Source: Oscillospiraceae bacterium
GTDB taxonomy: Bacteria; Bacillota; Clostridia; Oscillospirales; Ruminococcaceae
NCBI GenBank assembly: GCA_031554355.1
Contig: JAVBVJ010000035.1
Coordinates: 1-48,487 of the forward strand
DNA: 48,487 bases
Direction: 5' to 3'
Shown here: positions 1 to 9,146 of the stretch, piece by piece
How positions within the stretch are numbered: position 1 is the first letter of the stretch
Layout of the letters: each line of letters starts with the position of its first letter
Notes under the pieces: generated by a model
What the model was told of the DNA's origin: nothing
Seen by the model: only the letters and a program-made list of their open reading frames with translations
Databases searched by the model: none
Program-made: the position numbers and the translations under genes

Positions 1-41
1 TTGCGCTAGCAAGATGGAGCATAGCGGAGTTTGCGACGACG
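1..41. repeat. 41-bp direct repeat, copy 1 (at the window edge, possibly truncated)
   Basis: ttgcgctagcaagatggagcAtagcggagtttgcgacgacg recurs at 256-296 with one mismatch. A second shared patch, gggtcgttg, follows after a ~65-bp insertion in copy 1. Confidence 0.8.
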
Positions 42-255
42 AACGGGAGCAGACGCGCGCGAACAGCGTGCTTCTGCGACCCCTGTCGCGTGTCGAGAGG
101 GTCGTTGGGCACAGTATTAGTGGAATCTCCGCCATTGATCCAGCCAACGCCCCTGATTCATAGCTACTGAAGAGACACTGCCCTTTGCTCTTACCCGAAA
201 AAGTCCGACATTGACTTTTTCGGGAAGAGGAGAAGCAACGAAGCGGGCGGATATC

Positions 256-296
256 TTGCGCTAGCAAGATGGAGCGTAGCGGAGTTTGCGACGACG
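256..296. repeat. 41-bp direct repeat, copy 2
   Basis: 40/41 identity to 1-41. It sits in a GC-rich, hairpin-dense noncoding stretch. Confidence 0.8.
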
Positions 297-463
297 CGGG
301 TCGTTGCCCGGTTCGACGCCCGCCCGTAGGCGGGTGTGTCAAGCGCGTCCGACGCACAGCGTCGGTCCAAACGCGCGGACGCCCGTCTTCGGCTCTATAC
401 CGCTTTCAGCGGATCGCCTGCGACACTAGCGCTGCGGCGCGTCGCATTGGGCGCCATACTAAA

Positions 464-498
464 AGAGAAAGGCAAAAAGCCTTTCTCTTTTCTTTGTT
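464..498. terminator. Intrinsic terminator-like hairpin (bidirectional)
   Basis: 10-bp stem agagaaaggc/gcctttctct with an aaaaa loop. A T-rich tail follows on the + strand and a short T run on the - strand, downstream of CDS 525-974. Confidence 0.6.
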
Positions 499-524
499 CT
501 TCCTTAATAATTAATGCGATACTG

Positions 525-974
525 TCAACCAACAACCAGCTGTTGCGTTCCCATATCCGCGAACCATTGATCGACAGCGGCTTTACTGTAATACATTCTG
601 TTATCGATTTGAACAAATGGGAATCCCGGTAGTTTACTGCTTAGCACATCGGCCTCGAAAGCCGTTATTAGATTTTGCATCGCTTCGTCATAGGGGTCGA
701 CATACTCTGTCGGCATTTCGGCTGGCTGCCCGGAGGAATCTCCGGATGAGTACTCCACATCATATTTTATATCCGGATAAATCATCAGGTAATCGAGCAG
801 TGATCTTGTGTCCATTACGTCCGGATGTTCGTATCTGCCGCCGCTGGTGGCGACGAGACTGCCACTTAAGCTTCCTTGCATCGGCCGGTTAGCCAAAGTG
901 TTCGCTGCAATGCACAAGCCAGTAGCAATAATCAGTGCGCCCAACAGCATCGGTAAACTTTTTTTCCATTCCAT
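525..974 (-). CDS. Hypothetical membrane-anchored protein (149 aa)
   Basis: ATG at 972-974. One N-terminal hydrophobic helix (LPMLLGALIIATGLCIAA) and an acidic C-terminal domain. Lower GC than its neighbours. No family recognised. Confidence 0.6.
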   Translation of the reverse strand: MEWKKSLPMLLGALIIATGLCIAANTLANRPMQGSLSGSLVATSGGRYEHPDVMDTRSLLDYLMIYPDIKYDVEYSSGDSSGQPAEMPTEYVDPYDEAMQNLITAFEADVLSSKLPGFPFVQIDNRMYYSKAAVDQWFADMGTQQLVVG

Positions 975-1047
975 TTTGATAGTCCTTTCAGTTGTGTCTA
1001 ATTCCAGCAGTTTTGCCGTTCTTTTTTGAATGGGTATTTCGGTATGA

Positions 1048-1917
1048 TTATGTTTGGTTTTTGCGCGCTGTCCACAGTTCGCCGACCAGTGTCGCGCCGA
1101 GCACGAGGGCGCCGCCGAGCCACTGGAACGGGGTCAGCGTCTCGCGCAGCAGCAGCGCCGAGAGCAGAATGGCGGTCAGCGGGTCGGAGTAACTGAGCAG
1201 CGCGACGGTCTGCGACGGCAGATACCCGAAGGACGAGAAGTACAGGAAGTAGGCGAGCCCGGTGTAAATGACGCAGATGGCGGCGAGCGCGACCCACGAT
1301 GTCGGCGTAAAACCGCTGAATTCGAATCGGCCTTTCAGAAAGACGTGGGGCGTCATGGCGACCGCGGAGACACCGAGCTGAACAAACGTGCGCTCGATGC
1401 CGCCGATCTCCTTCAGGGATTTATTCAGGAAAATGAGACTGCAATAGATCGCGGCGGCGCCGAGCCCGTACAGAATCCCTTTCAGGTTCGCCGCGCCGGC
1501 GAAGCCGGGGGAGACGACCAGGATCAGGCCGAGCATCGCCAGCAGCACGCAGACGAGCCGCAGCCCCGAGAGTTTCTCGCGGATGAGCAGCGGGGAGAGC
1601 AATGTGACGAGCACCGGCGCGAAGTAGTAACAGATGGTCGCGACCGAGATCGAGGTGTAGCGGTAGGCCTCGAACAGCAGAACCCAGTTGAAGCCCAGCC
1701 CGATGCCGGACAGCACCAACGTTTTCAGGTTGCGGCGAATAGCCTGCCAGTCCATCTTTCGATAGACCAGCAGGCCAAAGATCATCAGAACAATACAACC
1801 GACCAGCCCGCGCGCCAGCGCAATCTGGTCCGAGGGCAGCGGAATCATGCGGACAACCAGACCGATGGATCCGAAGATCAGCATGGCGGTCAGGTTGACG
1901 AGCCTGGGGTGCCGCAT
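1048..1917 (-). CDS. EamA/DMT-family transporter
   Basis: 289 aa with about 10 TM segments and the duplicated EamA-like architecture. ATG at 1915-1917, one nt after the stop of the upstream M32 gene, so probably one operon. Confidence 0.85.
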   Translation of the reverse strand: MRHPRLVNLTAMLIFGSIGLVVRMIPLPSDQIALARGLVGCIVLMIFGLLVYRKMDWQAIRRNLKTLVLSGIGLGFNWVLLFEAYRYTSISVATICYYFAPVLVTLLSPLLIREKLSGLRLVCVLLAMLGLILVVSPGFAGAANLKGILYGLGAAAIYCSLIFLNKSLKEIGGIERTFVQLGVSAVAMTPHVFLKGRFEFSGFTPTSWVALAAICVIYTGLAYFLYFSSFGYLPSQTVALLSYSDPLTAILLSALLLRETLTPFQWLGGALVLGATLVGELWTARKNQT

Positions 1918-1918
1918 G

Positions 1919-3418
1919 CTATTGGATGCCGTAGAGTGCGCTGTATTTATTGGTCAGGTAGGCGGTGTAGAATTTCGGGGAGAACGGCGCGCCGCAGGCT
2001 TTCAGAATCACGTCCTGCGCGTCGGGGAACCCGGCGTCCTTGTGGACGTGCTCGCCGAGCCAGTCGACGATGGGTTTCAAGTCGCCCTTGGCGACGAAGG
2101 AGAACACGTCGATGTCTTTTTGCATGGCCGCCAGCATCTGGGCGGCGTAGGCGCTGCCGAGCGCGTAGGAGGGGAAGTAGCCGACCAGACCGTCCGACCA
2201 GTGCACGTCCTGCAGCACGCCGGTTTTGTCGTCGGGTACGTCGACGCCGAGGTATTCCTTGTACAGGCGGTTCCAGGTCTCGGGCAGCTCGTGGGTCGTG
2301 ATGACGCCGTCGAACAGCATCTTCTCGATCTCGTAGCGGATCATGATGTGCATCGAGTAGGTCAGCTCATCGGCCTCAATGCGGATCAGCGACGGTTCGG
2401 CTTTGTTGACCGCGCGGTAGAGCTGGTCGGCGGTGACGTCGGCAAACTGCGGGAACAGCTCCTTCAGTTTCGGCAGCAGGACGCCGGCGAATTCGGGGGA
2501 GCGCGCGATGTAGTTTTCGAAGAAGCGCGACTGGCTCTCATGGATGGAGGTCGAGCGCGGTTGCGCCATGATGGTGTTGCGGTAGTCCGGCGACGCGCCG
2601 AGATCATACAGCGCATGGCCGCCCTCGTGCACGACGCTGAACAGCGAGGAGGTCAGCATATTCTCGTAGTAATGGGTCGTGAGGCGCACGTCGTCGCAGT
2701 TCAGCCCGAAGCAGCAGGGGTGCTCGACCTCGCCGATGACGCAGCGGTCCTCGGAGATCGTCATCAGCTCGGTCAGGAAGGTCGTCAGCGCGCGCTGCTT
2801 GTCGATGTCAAAGGAGCCCTCGACGCAGCGGGTATCGATCTGCGGCTGCTGCTGAATCTTCAGAATCAGCGGCGCCAATTTTTCGCGCAAGTCGGCGAAG
2901 AACTCGTCGCAGAGTTTGCGGGTCAGACCCTTCTCGTGCTCATCGAGCCAGACCTCGTAGGGGTCGGCGTCGGGGTTTTTGTAGGTCGAAAAGCGCTTCA
3001 GGGTGTCAAAAATCTTCTCGAGATAGGGGCGGTAGGAGGCAAAATCGTTGTTCTGCTTGCATTCCTGCCATTTGGAACCCGCCTCGTTGCACAGCACCGA
3101 GTAGGCGACGTACTCGTCCATCGGAATCTTGAAGTTTTTGTCGTATTCCTCTTTCATCAGCACGATTTCGCGCTTCTCGTTGACGCTCAGCCCGTCGCTG
3201 TTATTCATCAGGAATTCCAGTTTCGCGCCGACTTCCGGGTTGAAGAACAATTTGTACAGCTCCTCCGAGATCATGGCCATACAATCCGAGCGGCCCGCGA
3301 TCGAGTCCTTCGGCGCGGCGGTCAGGAAGTCAAAATAGACGATGCTCTGCGCGTATTGGTAGGCGGTCATCTTTTTCTGTAGCGCCAGCATTTCCTGCAT
3401 GGTATCTTTTGTGTTCAT
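1919..3418 (-). CDS. Carboxypeptidase Taq-type metallopeptidase (M32 family)
   Basis: Motifs VEHPCCFG, HEGGHALY (HExxH), HESQSRF, IRIEADELTY and GVLQDVHWS are diagnostic of M32. AAGGAGG RBS upstream of the ATG at 3416-3418. Confidence 0.9.
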   Translation of the reverse strand: MNTKDTMQEMLALQKKMTAYQYAQSIVYFDFLTAAPKDSIAGRSDCMAMISEELYKLFFNPEVGAKLEFLMNNSDGLSVNEKREIVLMKEEYDKNFKIPMDEYVAYSVLCNEAGSKWQECKQNNDFASYRPYLEKIFDTLKRFSTYKNPDADPYEVWLDEHEKGLTRKLCDEFFADLREKLAPLILKIQQQPQIDTRCVEGSFDIDKQRALTTFLTELMTISEDRCVIGEVEHPCCFGLNCDDVRLTTHYYENMLTSSLFSVVHEGGHALYDLGASPDYRNTIMAQPRSTSIHESQSRFFENYIARSPEFAGVLLPKLKELFPQFADVTADQLYRAVNKAEPSLIRIEADELTYSMHIMIRYEIEKMLFDGVITTHELPETWNRLYKEYLGVDVPDDKTGVLQDVHWSDGLVGYFPSYALGSAYAAQMLAAMQKDIDVFSFVAKGDLKPIVDWLGEHVHKDAGFPDAQDVILKACGAPFSPKFYTAYLTNKYSALYGIQ

Positions 3419-3472
3419 GGGGATCCTCCTTGAAATAGTAGACTCATTATACTATGATCTTTCGGCAATATG

Positions 3473-3499
3473 CAATAAAGGAACGCTTGAGTGCGTTCC
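3473..3499 (-). terminator. Intrinsic terminator after the CNNM/HlyC gene
   Basis: Stem ggaacgc/gcgttcc with T-rich flanks on both strands. Confidence 0.6.
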
Positions 3500-3517
3500 T
3501 TTTGTTGAGGGTAGATG

Positions 3518-4843
3518 CTATTTTTCGGCGGGCGGGTCGGGCGGTGCGTCGCGCTTGGCGGTGACGGCGGTCACGCGGTGTCCGCCGGTCTCGATGACCG
3601 TGAACGTGAAGCCGCCGTAGCTGACCGATTCGCCGCGCTGCGGCAGATGGCGCAGCTCGTTGGAGATAAACCCGGCGATCGTCTCGACGCCGAGGTTGTC
3701 GGGGAAATTGATGTTCATCTCGTCGGTCAGGTCGATGAGCAGCGCGGTGCCGTCGAGCAGGTACTCGTCCTCGGAGAGCTGCTGGATCTCGTCGGTCTCG
3801 ACGTCGAACTCGTCGCGGATGTTGCCGACGATCGACTCCAGCAGATCCTCCATCGTGACGATACCGGCCGTTCCGCCGTACTCGTCGACAACGACCGCGA
3901 TCTGGCTGTGGTTGGTGCGGAATTCGTTCATAATGGCGTCGGCGTGGCTGCTCTCGGGTACATACAGCACCGGACGCATGAACCTGCGCACGCTGAACTC
4001 GTCGCCGGGCTGCACGATGTAGGGCAGCAGATCCTTGACGTTGAGCACGCCGACGATGTTGTCGAGCGAACCGTCGTACACGGGCAGGCGGGTGTGGCCG
4101 AAGGAGACGGCGCAGTCGATGGTCTCTCTCAGCGTCGCGTCGATGTCGATGGCCAGCAGATTGATGCGGTGGGTCATGATCTCGGTGGCGGTGCGGTCGT
4201 CGAACTCGAAGATGTTGTGCAGCATCTCGCGCTCGGTCTGCTCGATGGTGCCGTCTTCCTCGCCGACGTCGATCATCATGCGGATCTCCTCCTCGGTGAC
4301 ATCCTCGTTGCCCTTGTTCGGGTCGATGCCGATGAGGCGGAGAATCCCGTTGGTCGAGGCCGAAAGCAACACGACAAACGGACGGGCGATGGCGCTGGTG
4401 ACACGCAGAATGCCGGAGACGCCGAACGAGATCTTCTCGGGATTGTTCATCGCGATGCGCTTGGGAACAAGCTCGCCCAGCACGAGGTTGATGTAGGCCA
4501 GCAGCATCGTGATGACGATGATCGAAATCATGCGGATGACGTTGGGCGGAATGCTGGAACCGGCCAGCGCCCGCACGATGTAATCGGTAAAGGTGTCGGC
4601 CGCGACCGCCGAGCTCAGCATGCCCGACAAGGTGACGCCGACCTGTATGGTCGCGAGAAACCGCGAGGGCTCCGCGGTCAGGCGCACCAGGATCTTCGCC
4701 TTTTTGTTGCCGCTCTGCGCCTGATGTTTCAGCTTGGCGTCGTTGAGCGAGATGACGGCGATCTCACTCATCGCGAACAGCGCGTTGAGCGCGATCAGGA
4801 CGAACAGCAGAATAATTTTTGTGAACGGACTGCCTTCAGGCAT
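3518..4843 (-). CDS. Hemolysin-family protein (CNNM/DUF21 TM domain + CBS pair + CorC_HlyC; putative divalent-cation transporter)
   Basis: 441 aa. N-terminal 4-TM DUF21-like region, a central CBS-pair-like region and a C-terminal CorC/HlyC-like domain. AGGAG RBS before the ATG at 4841-4843. Confidence 0.85.
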   Translation of the reverse strand: MPEGSPFTKIILLFVLIALNALFAMSEIAVISLNDAKLKHQAQSGNKKAKILVRLTAEPSRFLATIQVGVTLSGMLSSAVAADTFTDYIVRALAGSSIPPNVIRMISIIVITMLLAYINLVLGELVPKRIAMNNPEKISFGVSGILRVTSAIARPFVVLLSASTNGILRLIGIDPNKGNEDVTEEEIRMMIDVGEEDGTIEQTEREMLHNIFEFDDRTATEIMTHRINLLAIDIDATLRETIDCAVSFGHTRLPVYDGSLDNIVGVLNVKDLLPYIVQPGDEFSVRRFMRPVLYVPESSHADAIMNEFRTNHSQIAVVVDEYGGTAGIVTMEDLLESIVGNIRDEFDVETDEIQQLSEDEYLLDGTALLIDLTDEMNINFPDNLGVETIAGFISNELRHLPQRGESVSYGGFTFTVIETGGHRVTAVTAKRDAPPDPPAEK

Positions 4844-4921
4844 GGTTTCAACTCCTACACATGATATTTCATTGTGGTCTGTTTTTTTACATCATAACAC
4901 AAACCGGTGCAAAAGGTGGCG

Positions 4922-6904
4922 CTACTCGATGCGCGCAGGAAAGGCCGGGCTGGACAATACCGCCGCTGATGTCTCGACCAGCACCCGCACCTCGTAGGAC
5001 GCAGCGCCGAGATCGAACATCGGGACAATGGCGGCAATCTCGGTCTTTCCGGCGGAATCCCGCGTCGCGCGGAAGGTCAGTGGGGCGCCGTTCGGCGGCG
5101 TCAGCTCGAGAAACACGATCCCGTCGGGCAGCGTCCGGTCGACCGTCACGCGCAGCACGTCGAAATTGTTGTCGGGCTCATACACGGTCACGGCAAACGC
5201 CGTGACGTTGTAATCGGATGGCGTCATCGCCGCAAAGGGAAGCGCAAAATCCAGAATATAGTAGCTGTCAACGACATCGATGATCGCGTAACAGGCGGCG
5301 CGGCCGATGTGTTCGCGGATAAAAACCGCCTTTTTCAGGTAGTTGTCGCGGTCGACCAGAACGACGTCGCGCCGCTCGGTCAGTGCGCGGTAGGGGGAGG
5401 TGACGTCGAAGCGTTCGAGAATGCTGTTCCGCGCCGCGCTGCCGGTGTCCCAGCCACCCAGCAGGTAGACGTTGCGCATCAGATTGTCCGGCGCGCCGCT
5501 GAAGGTCGGAATCAGGCGGTCGACCAGTGGCAGCGTCGAGAAATCGGCGAGGTACAAGGTGTCGGCGTCGGCGCCAAGTGTGTGGTAGATCTCCAGTTTT
5601 TCCTGCTCAAAGTAGGCGCGGTAACCGGCGTGCTCCGGGTAGTAGGTGACGGCGCCGAACACGGTCGCCGCGGCGGCCAGCCCGACGAAGACGAAAGAGA
5701 CCCACCGCTTGGGTTTCGCCTCAACGCCCTGCAGCAGGCACCACACTAAGCTGATCGCAAAACAGAAGATCAAACCCACACGGACCCAGCGCGTTGTGCG
5801 CCCGATCCCGGCCTGATAGAACGCCGTCAGCAGATAGGCGGCGAAGAAACAGACCGCCATCCACCGGCCGCGTTTTTTGCAGACCGCAAGCGCCGCGGCA
5901 AACAGCGCGAGCGCCGCACAGGCGAGCGGATCGCGGTAGAGGTAGAGCGGCAGGTCGCGCGCGAACCGCCCCGCGATCTCGGCGAGCGGGACGGGGGCCC
6001 GCAGCGCGTAGATCGCCTCGAGTTTTTCGGTCGAGAAGTAGTCGGTGTCGCCGAAGTTCCACTCATCAATCAATGCGAGGTCGTTGCGCGTGACGCCGAG
6101 TTTCTGATAGGCGTCGTAGTGCCCGTCGAAGTCCGGCAATACGTAGTCGGAGACCTGAATGCGGGCCTGAATGTATTCGTAAAACGCCTTGCTCTCGGGC
6201 TGCAGGCGCGGCGCGATCCGGTTGAAGAGCTGGCCCGCGCCGAGAAAGACAAACAGCAGCACAAACGTCACGACAAGCCGCCGGTTGTGCGCGAACCAGC
6301 TCTTCAAGCTTTTGGCTTTGAAATCCAGCGCGAACAATCCCGCCACCAGCCCGAAGACCGCGGCGGCGAAAAAGGCGGGCAGGCGCATCGCGGCGCTGAC
6401 CATTGTCAGCGCGACGCCGATCCACAGAAATACCTTTTGTGTTTTGGGCGATTCCAGCGCGTAAAAAATCAACAGGAAGCCGATCAGCCCGCAGATCATC
6501 GCCGTGCGGGTGTAGTGCAGCAGATTGTAGGCGTAGGGCGCGAACGCCAGCGTCAGTGCCGCCGCCGCAAGGAACCCGTTGCGGCCGTTCCGCCGGGCCG
6601 CGGCGACGCCGAACGTCGTGAAGCTGAGCATCAGGAAAAAGTAGGACAGCACGGTGAACCAGTTCAGCGCGGGCGCCAGCCGCTGCAGCAGCTGCAGAAT
6701 CAAACCGTACCCGACCCCGACGTGATTCAGAAACGGCGTCGAGACGCCGTACATCAGCGAGGTCATGGCGTGCACCGTGAAGTCGTCGTTGGTATCGACC
6801 TGCGGCACCAGAAAGAACAGACAGATCAGCGCGACCGCGACGCTCAGCGCGGCGGCGGCGATCGGATAGACGGAGCGCTCGGGTTTTTCGGGCCGGTTCG
6901 GCAT
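4922..6904 (-). CDS. Large polytopic membrane protein with a C-terminal soluble domain (possible GT-C-like glycosyltransferase; function unknown)
   Basis: I use the internal ATG at 6902-6904 (MPNRPEKPERS..., GAGGAAG RBS). The track ORF runs on to 7195 into the folD promoter and CDS. About 12 hydrophobic segments, then a ~200-aa non-hydrophobic C-terminal region. Confidence 0.65.
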   Translation of the reverse strand: MPNRPEKPERSVYPIAAAALSVAVALICLFFLVPQVDTNDDFTVHAMTSLMYGVSTPFLNHVGVGYGLILQLLQRLAPALNWFTVLSYFFLMLSFTTFGVAAARRNGRNGFLAAAALTLAFAPYAYNLLHYTRTAMICGLIGFLLIFYALESPKTQKVFLWIGVALTMVSAAMRLPAFFAAAVFGLVAGLFALDFKAKSLKSWFAHNRRLVVTFVLLFVFLGAGQLFNRIAPRLQPESKAFYEYIQARIQVSDYVLPDFDGHYDAYQKLGVTRNDLALIDEWNFGDTDYFSTEKLEAIYALRAPVPLAEIAGRFARDLPLYLYRDPLACAALALFAAALAVCKKRGRWMAVCFFAAYLLTAFYQAGIGRTTRWVRVGLIFCFAISLVWCLLQGVEAKPKRWVSFVFVGLAAAATVFGAVTYYPEHAGYRAYFEQEKLEIYHTLGADADTLYLADFSTLPLVDRLIPTFSGAPDNLMRNVYLLGGWDTGSAARNSILERFDVTSPYRALTERRDVVLVDRDNYLKKAVFIREHIGRAACYAIIDVVDSYYILDFALPFAAMTPSDYNVTAFAVTVYEPDNNFDVLRVTVDRTLPDGIVFLELTPPNGAPLTFRATRDSAGKTEIAAIVPMFDLGAASYEVRVLVETSAAVLSSPAFPARIE

Positions 6905-6972
6905 AGCTTCCTCAAAAAGAATTAATAGAAGTATTATAGCACAAATCCGCCGCGTATGCGCCAAGATTTCAT

Positions 6973-7001
6973 TTGCAACCCCACGCGGGTTCCGATATAA
7001 T
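6973..7001 (+). promoter_or_regulatory. Sigma-A-type promoter of the folD-folC-folT operon
   Basis: TTGCAA (6973-6978), 17-nt spacer, TATAAT (6996-7001), about 40 nt upstream of the folD ATG. Confidence 0.6.
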
Positions 7002-7040
7002 TGAAGGAAGAAAAAGATCGGTATCGCAGGTGGAGGAATC

Positions 7041-7883
7041 ATGGCAGAGCTGTTAAAAGGGGCCGGTGCGGCGAAGGAAATACTCGAACGGGCGGCGTCG
7101 GATGTCCGGCAGCTCGCCGCGTCGGGCGTTGTGCCGGGCCTTGCGGTACTGCGCGTCGGGGAGGCGCCGGATGACATCGCGTACGAGCGCAGCATTCTGA
7201 AAAAATGCGAGACCGCCGGTGTCGCGGTGACGCAGGTCGTGTTGTCGCAGCAGGCGACGACCGAAGAGGTCTTGCGCGCGGTCAGTGAAATTAATAAAAA
7301 TAAGGCGATTCACGGCGCATTGATTCTGCGCCCGATGCCGAAGAGCATCGACGACGACGCGGTGTGCGCGGCGCTTGATGCGGCGAAGGACCTGGACGGC
7401 ATCACGCCGGGCGCGATGGCGTCACTGTATATGGGGAAAAAGGGCGCGGCTGCGCCCTGCACCGCCGAGGCCTGCATCGCATTGCTCGATCATTACGGCA
7501 TCGCGCTCGAGGGTAAAAACGTCGCGGTGGTCGGGCGCAGCCTGGTCATCGGAAAGCCGGTGGCGATGCTGCTGATCCAGCGCAACGCGACGGTGACGGT
7601 CTGCCACACGCGGACGCGCGACCTCGCCGCCGTGTGTAAACGCGCGGACATCATTATCGCCGCGGCGGGCGTCGCGGGGATGATTACGACGGATTTTGTG
7701 GCCGCCGGACAGACCGTGCTCGATGTCGGCATGAACGTCGGCGCGGACGGCGCATTGTGCGGGGACGCCGATCCCGCGATCGCGGAGGTCGTCGGGGCGG
7801 TCAGCCCGGTGCCGGGCGGCGTCGGCGCGGTCACGTCGGCCATTCTGGTGCGCAACACCGTGGAAGCGGCGAAAAGGGTATGA
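7041..7883 (+). CDS. folD: Bifunctional methylenetetrahydrofolate dehydrogenase / methenyl-THF cyclohydrolase
   Basis: 280 aa with end-to-end FolD-like sequence (GRSLVIGKPVAMLL Rossmann segment, PVPGGVG). GGAGGA RBS. Confidence 0.9.
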   Translation: MAELLKGAGAAKEILERAASDVRQLAASGVVPGLAVLRVGEAPDDIAYERSILKKCETAGVAVTQVVLSQQATTEEVLRAVSEINKNKAIHGALILRPMPKSIDDDAVCAALDAAKDLDGITPGAMASLYMGKKGAAAPCTAEACIALLDHYGIALEGKNVAVVGRSLVIGKPVAMLLIQRNATVTVCHTRTRDLAAVCKRADIIIAAAGVAGMITTDFVAAGQTVLDVGMNVGADGALCGDADPAIAEVVGAVSPVPGGVGAVTSAILVRNTVEAAKRV

Positions 7884-9145
7884 TGACGATACAGGAAGCG
7901 CTGGCATATATTCACAGCATCTATTGGCGCGGCAGCAAACTGGGGCTGGAGCGCATCACCGAATTGCTCGACCGCATGGGCAACCCGCAGGACGCGTTGC
8001 GCTTTGTGCACGTCGCCGGCACGAACGGTAAGGGCTCGACCTGCGCGATGCTGGCCGCAGTCTTTCAGCGGGCGGAGTACCGGACAGGCCTCTACATCTC
8101 GCCGTATCTTACGCGCTTCAACGAGCGGATGCAGATCGACGGGCGCGAGATCGCCGACGGGCAGCTCTGCGCGATCACCGAATATGTCCGCGATTTCGCG
8201 GAACAGATGACCGACCTGCCGACCGAGTTCGAGATCGTCTGCGCCATCGCGTTCGAGTATTTCAAGCGCGAGCGCTGCGACCTCGTCGTGCTGGAGGTTG
8301 GATTGGGCGGGCGGCTCGATGCGACGAACGTCATCCGCGCGCCGCTGTGCAGCGTGATCACGACGATCGACTACGACCACACCCAGTATCTCGGCGACAC
8401 GCTGGCGCAGATCGCGGCCGAGAAAGCCGGGATCATCAAGGGGGGCGCCGTCGTCAGCGACGCGCAGCAACCCGAGGCGATGGCGGTCCTCGAGCGGCGG
8501 TGCCGCGAACTGGACTGCACTTTTCGGGTCGTGCGGCCCGAAAACATCGAATTATTGGAGAGTTCGCTCGACGGTCAGCGTTTTCGCTACAACGGCGCGC
8601 CGTATGAGATCGCATTGCTGGGGCGGCATCAGCTGCGCAACGCGGCCGTCGTCCTCGAGACGATTGCGGCGGTGCGGGCGGCGGGGATCGCGGTTCCCGA
8701 ACCCGCGCTGACGGCAGGGCTGCGCGCCGCGCGCTGGCCGGGCCGCTTCGAGGTGCTGCGGCGCCGGCCGCCCGCCGTCGTAGACGGCGGGCACAACCCG
8801 CAGGGTGTGCGCGCGGCGGTCGAGGCTGCGTCGGAATATCTGGGCCCGGGGCTGGTCGTATTGGTCGGGGTATTGGCCGATAAGGACGTCGACGGCATGC
8901 TGCGCGAGCTGGACCGCGTTGCCGCGCGCTACGTCGCGACGATGCCCGATTACCCCCGCGCGCTCGACGCCGGAAAGCTGGCCGAAAAACTGGCGGTCTT
9001 CGGCAAACCCGTCGCGGTGAAACCGAACGTCGCCGAGGCGTGCGCTGAGGCGGAACGGCTGTGCGGCGCGGACGGCGCGATACTCGCCTTGGGCTCGCTG
9101 TACATGGCCGGAGAGATCCGCGCCTATTTCTTAAAGGAGAACTGA
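7880..9145 (+). CDS. folC: Folylpolyglutamate synthase / dihydrofolate synthase (Mur-ligase family)
   Basis: ATG at 7880 overlaps the folD stop (ATGA). The VAGTNGKGST P-loop and overall FolC-like layout are present. The upstream part of track ORF 7757- is Arg-rich overlap with folD. Confidence 0.9.
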   Translation: MMTIQEALAYIHSIYWRGSKLGLERITELLDRMGNPQDALRFVHVAGTNGKGSTCAMLAAVFQRAEYRTGLYISPYLTRFNERMQIDGREIADGQLCAITEYVRDFAEQMTDLPTEFEIVCAIAFEYFKRERCDLVVLEVGLGGRLDATNVIRAPLCSVITTIDYDHTQYLGDTLAQIAAEKAGIIKGGAVVSDAQQPEAMAVLERRCRELDCTFRVVRPENIELLESSLDGQRFRYNGAPYEIALLGRHQLRNAAVVLETIAAVRAAGIAVPEPALTAGLRAARWPGRFEVLRRRPPAVVDGGHNPQGVRAAVEAASEYLGPGLVVLVGVLADKDVDGMLRELDRVAARYVATMPDYPRALDAGKLAEKLAVFGKPVAVKPNVAEACAEAERLCGADGAILALGSLYMAGEIRAYFLKEN

Positions 9146-9146
9146 A

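Noticed and set aside
1054-3382. Long + strand ORFs (1054-2301, 1847-3382) opposite the EamA and M32 genes
   Set aside because: Their translations are Arg/Gly/Asp/Val-rich low-complexity sequences, typical of antisense shadow ORFs in high-GC DNA. The opposite strand encodes proteins with clear family motifs.
3515-4864. 449-aa + strand ORF opposite the CNNM/HlyC gene
   Set aside because: Shadow ORF with biased D/G/R/V composition, no RBS and no recognisable domain.
6905-7040. THF riboswitch upstream of folD
   Set aside because: The only structure is a simple ccgcgt/acgcgg hairpin that overlaps the -35/-10 spacer. There is no similarity to THF-I or THF-II consensus elements that I can recall.
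6905-7195. N-terminal 97-codon extension of the large membrane-protein ORF
   Set aside because: It overlaps the folD promoter and the first 50 codons of folD. The sequence is Ser/Ala/Arg/Pro-rich and non-hydrophobic. An internal ATG with a GAGGAAG RBS is a better start.
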